Below are positions 61,201 through 64,000 of a stretch of DNA of 64,000 bases, in pieces (within the stretch, counting starts at the first letter, position 1; each line of letters begins with the position of its first letter). The notes below the pieces were generated by a model. That model made no database searches, was not told the DNA's origin, and saw only the letters and a program-made list of their open reading frames with translations. Position numbers and translations under genes: made by a program. This stretch comes from Callorhinchus milii (Eukaryota): contig NW_024704743.1 in the NCBI RefSeq assembly GCF_018977255.1, positions 72,108,001 to 72,172,000 on the forward strand. The letters run 5' to 3'.

Positions 61201-62986
61201 CTTTTTTAAAAAACAACTTGCATTTATATAGTGCTCTTCATGTAGGACAACGGTTTGGAGTATTGAAAGTGACAGGGGCAGACACCAAGCAAAGGTGGGG
61301 GAGGAAGGAAGTGGGAGTGACAATAGGCGCAGTTGAAGAGGAGGTAGGTTTTAAGGCAGGCTTGCAGACAGATGGAGAAGGGAGAGATGGAGGGTTAGAG
61401 GAAGAGAGTTACAGAGGTTAAGCAGATTGAACTGAAAACTCGTAGTTAGGGTAGGGCAGCAGTAGGTCCGAGTTAGCCAAGCAAAGGGGGCGAGCAGAGG
61501 TGATTGGAGAGTTAAAGAGGTGCTAGGATGTCAAGGGATTTGTAGGAGAGAGTGAGGACCTTGAAATCGATCTGCTGGGACGTCCTCCTGATATGAAAGG
61601 CACTTTTCAAATGTAATTTGTTGTTGCTGGGAGACGCACAGACATTGGAGTTTATGTGGAGTTAGTTAGGTGTGGTTGAGGATACGTGGTAGAGTTTTGG
61701 TAAACCTTTCAGCAGTCACCTGTTCTTGATAAGCACTCTGGGACGCTACCCTGTGTGAGGGTTGCTATATAAATGCAAGTTGTTGTTGTTATTGTTTCTG
61801 CTATGGTCAAATAGTAGCAAGAGGTTCAAACACAACTTTATTTATCTTTCAATCCTTTGCAGCTAAATGTTATGATCCAAGCACCTAATTAGGAATGATG
61901 GACAATGGGAGAAAATAGTGCCAAAAAAATGAGTCAGTGGATCCATAAAACATACAAACCTCCAGTTGTTCTCGGTCTCTTTCTTCTTTTCTATCTAGTT
62001 TGCACTTTTCCTTTTCCAGTGCCCACTGCAGTTCCCGGATCTTCTTCTGTTCATTAGCCAGTGTGTCACTTACCATATCGAGCTCAGCTGCCTTCTCATT
62101 TAACTCCATTCTAAAAAAAGTCATTAAAGAACCAGTGAAGTGTTTATTCTTAGGGCCTGAATGTTTAACAGCAGCAATTTAAACTGTGCACTTTTACAGC
62201 TATTTGTCCACTCCCAAAAAGCAATCTTTAATGAACCTAGAAACTATTTTTTGTGCAATGCAGCTGTCACTTTATTTTCGTTCCAATAAGGTTCATGCAT
62301 GAAATGCTAACCTCTCATCCCCTTTCAGATTCCCAACATTATATAAATCATTAAAATGTTTATAGCACAGTAGGAGGCCATTTTGCCCATTGTGCTTATG
62401 TTGATATTACCCTCCTCCCTTCCACACCATCTACCCTAATCCCATTCCCTTGCTCTTTCCCATATTCTACAATAGTATTTTCCCCACACTATTTATCCTA
62501 ATTCTCTTTTGCTATGGATTCAGCTCGGACAATTATTGTAAGGTATTCCATAATCTAAAAACCCTTGTTGTAAAAGAAATTCTTGCAAATTCCGCCTTTA
62601 TCTTCATTTTATTTTAGATTACCAGTGTTTACACATTTTTGTTTTATGCCAATTTAGTATACTGTTCCAGAGTTAATAAAAATAATAATTTTACAAGTCA
62701 AATTCTTGCAGAATTTAATCACTTTTAGAGCAATAAGACTGTGGGAGTTTGCTAATGAATTACCTCAGGGTCTCCTGCTCTTTAAAGTGCTTGTGTTGTG
62801 CCTTGAGTGTTGTTTCAAGTTCCAGTTTAGTTTGAGAAAGTTCATTTTTCAGTTCTGCCACCATCATCTTCTCAGAATTCAACTGCTCCTGAACTTCCAT
62901 TCCCTTCTCTTTAAGTGCGCTCAGCTCAATTTGTAACTCCAGAATCTGAGATTGTTTCTGTTGTACGTTGGGCTCCAAAAGTTCCA
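49221..62986 (-). CDS. AKAP9: A-kinase anchor protein 9 (AKAP450/CG-NAP), C-terminal coiled coil and PACT domain; 12 exons, 5'-partial
   Basis: Exons translate to [88 protein letters not shown] and end TQLHYGTRR*; phases are consistent; CYP51A1-AKAP9 adjacency matches human. Confidence 0.95.
49558..49674. mobile_element. Deleted copy of the same palindromic element, carrying a CTGACGA..GAAAC hammerhead-like core
   Basis: GATGCTGGAAATCTGAAAC..GGAACACTCAGCAGGTCAGGCAG shared (inverted) with 48468-48648. Confidence 0.65.
50018..50157 (-). CDS. AKAP9: AKAP9 penultimate exon ([26 protein letters not shown])
   Basis: 140 nt, AG/GT on minus strand. Confidence 0.93.
51035..51179 (-). CDS. AKAP9: AKAP9 exon ([10 protein letters not shown]...ELFGDRRH...NSQS)
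   Basis: 145 nt, open and phase-compatible (1 to 2); weak AAG acceptor. Confidence 0.8.
52256..52344 (-). CDS. AKAP9: AKAP9 exon ([10 protein letters not shown]...SQVT)
   Basis: 89 nt, end of PACT region. Confidence 0.92.
52979..53211 (-). CDS. AKAP9: AKAP9 PACT-domain exon
   Basis: 233 nt; [22 protein letters not shown]...[15 protein letters not shown]. Confidence 0.96.
53468..53671 (-). CDS. AKAP9: AKAP9 exon ([20 protein letters not shown]...AITIK)
   Basis: 204 nt, phase 0-0. Confidence 0.92.
54585..54767 (-). CDS. AKAP9: AKAP9 exon ([24 protein letters not shown]...SSNQ)
   Basis: 183 nt, phase 0-0. Confidence 0.92.
55348..55468 (-). CDS. AKAP9: AKAP9 exon ([24 protein letters not shown]...LPE)
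   Basis: 121 nt, phase-compatible with neighbours. Confidence 0.88.
56511..56877 (+). mobile_element. Full-length tRNA-derived SINE in an AKAP9 intron
   Basis: TGGAGTCCTGTAGC head to ATTATTATT tail. Confidence 0.87.
57513..57763 (-). CDS. AKAP9: AKAP9 exon ([20 protein letters not shown]...KDSR)
   Basis: 251 nt, AG/GT on minus strand. Confidence 0.88.
59820..60521 (-). CDS. AKAP9: AKAP9 large coiled-coil exon ([10 protein letters not shown]...KDCQTA)
   Basis: 702 nt open frame, phase 0-0. Confidence 0.92.
61960..62110 (-). CDS. AKAP9: AKAP9 exon ([11 protein letters not shown]...DREQLE)
   Basis: 151 nt, AG/GT on minus strand. Confidence 0.92.
62764..62986 (-). CDS. AKAP9: AKAP9 exon ([18 protein letters not shown]...KEQETL)
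   Basis: 223 nt, AG/GT on minus strand. Confidence 0.92.
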
Positions 62987-63683
62987 CTACAAAGGACAAT
63001 AGGCATTAGATCCTTGTTACAAATACTGGTAAGATGGCATTTATAGTACACACTTTAAATACCAAGTATTCATCCAAGCCCTAGAGACATCCATGAATGT
63101 CTACTTCCATTTATTTAAGCTTTGATTCCCTGAACTGGTTGCAGAATATTAAAATGCAGAATACATGCAATAAAAAGAAATCATATGGTTAGTTATCAAT
63201 AACCATAACCCCATTCTATCTCGTAATGTATAGGCATTTATTTACACTATAAACATGTCCATACTATAGTTGTTCAGTTTGCATTATTAAAATGCAACAC
63301 TGAAAACCCAAATCTCTCATTTTTTAAATAGTAAGTATTACAATATAAGACTGCTTTTGGGAAAAGTCTTACATTCTTACCAAGTTCTTTTCAAGAATTG
63401 TAGAAAATTGGCTTCCTAACCCAGAATTTAAGATTATTCAAAAAATCTGCATATTACATTTTAAGATGAGGAATAAATCCTTAGAAATATTGAAAACTCA
63501 TATTCAACATCTTAACCATTGCTTTGGCAATATTACCTTGAAAGGAAAGGAAAAAGAGAAATGATGCTTCTATTGCACATCCATACAACATTTTACGTAT
63601 AAGCACTCATCATTTGGGAGTCATGAAAGTCCATCAGACACAAGAGGAATCAGCAAATTCGTGAATAAAACTAATTCTACTGA

Positions 63684-63958
63684 ACAACAACAACAACAAC
63701 AACAAGATTCCATTTATAGAGCGCCTTTCACGTCAGGAGGACGTCCCAAGGCGCTGCACAGTTGGGTCATGACCCGAGCAGGGGGGAAATGGTCAGGGTG
63801 AGGGGAGGGAAGGGAGGGAGAGAGGAGGGGGGAAATGGTCAGGGTGAGGGGAGGGAAGGGAGGGAGCGAGGAGGAGGAAGAGAGTCGAGAGGGGAGCTGA
63901 AGGCTCGGTCAAAGAGAAAGGTTTTGAGACCGGCCTTGAAGGAGGAAAGGGAGGAAGC
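63684..63958 (-). mobile_element. L2 3' end (young subfamily) with an internal tandem duplication and (AAC)n tail
   Basis: Reverse complement of 460-670; GGGGAAATGGTCAGGGTGAGGGGAGGGAAGGGAGGGAG occurs twice. Confidence 0.87.
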
Positions 63959-64000
63959 AATGAATGGAGGAAGTTCTCTTCATCCATTTTCTCAAATTTC

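Overview
This is vertebrate genomic DNA, not prokaryotic. The repeat content (L2 LINE tails, tRNA/Deu-domain SINEs, CR1 3' ends, Penelope-type palindromes) points to a cartilaginous fish, probably a chimaera (inference). The window holds three spliced genes. KRIT1/CCM1 (+) has 15 coding exons at 2527-26809, with its first coding exon apparently upstream of the window. CYP51A1 lanosterol 14-alpha demethylase (+) has 10 exons at 36050-47197. The 3' part of AKAP9 (-) has 12 exons at 62986-49221, including the PACT domain, and converges tail-to-tail on CYP51A1. KRIT1 and CYP51A1 each carry one apparent 1-nt deletion, most likely consensus errors. Between KRIT1 and CYP51A1, where human has LRRD1, no LRR gene is visible. 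Instead a 35-bp minisatellite grades into a ~4.4-kb strand-asymmetric G/T array (G4-prone, rich in GCTGGTGG), followed by a ~240-bp CCAAT/CRE/GC-box promoter island and a 1-kb GTGAGT-rich minisatellite before the CYP51A1 ATG. Other points of interest are a triple-nested retroelement abutting a KRIT1 splice acceptor, inverted composite repeats bracketing an in-frame KRIT1 exon, and a 57-bp hairpin plus a hammerhead-ribozyme-like core near the convergent 3' ends. I cannot demonstrate a novel biological system; the repeat-sandwiched CYP51A1 promoter is the most unusual architecture. Exon coordinates were read by hand and comparisons to human proteins are from memory.
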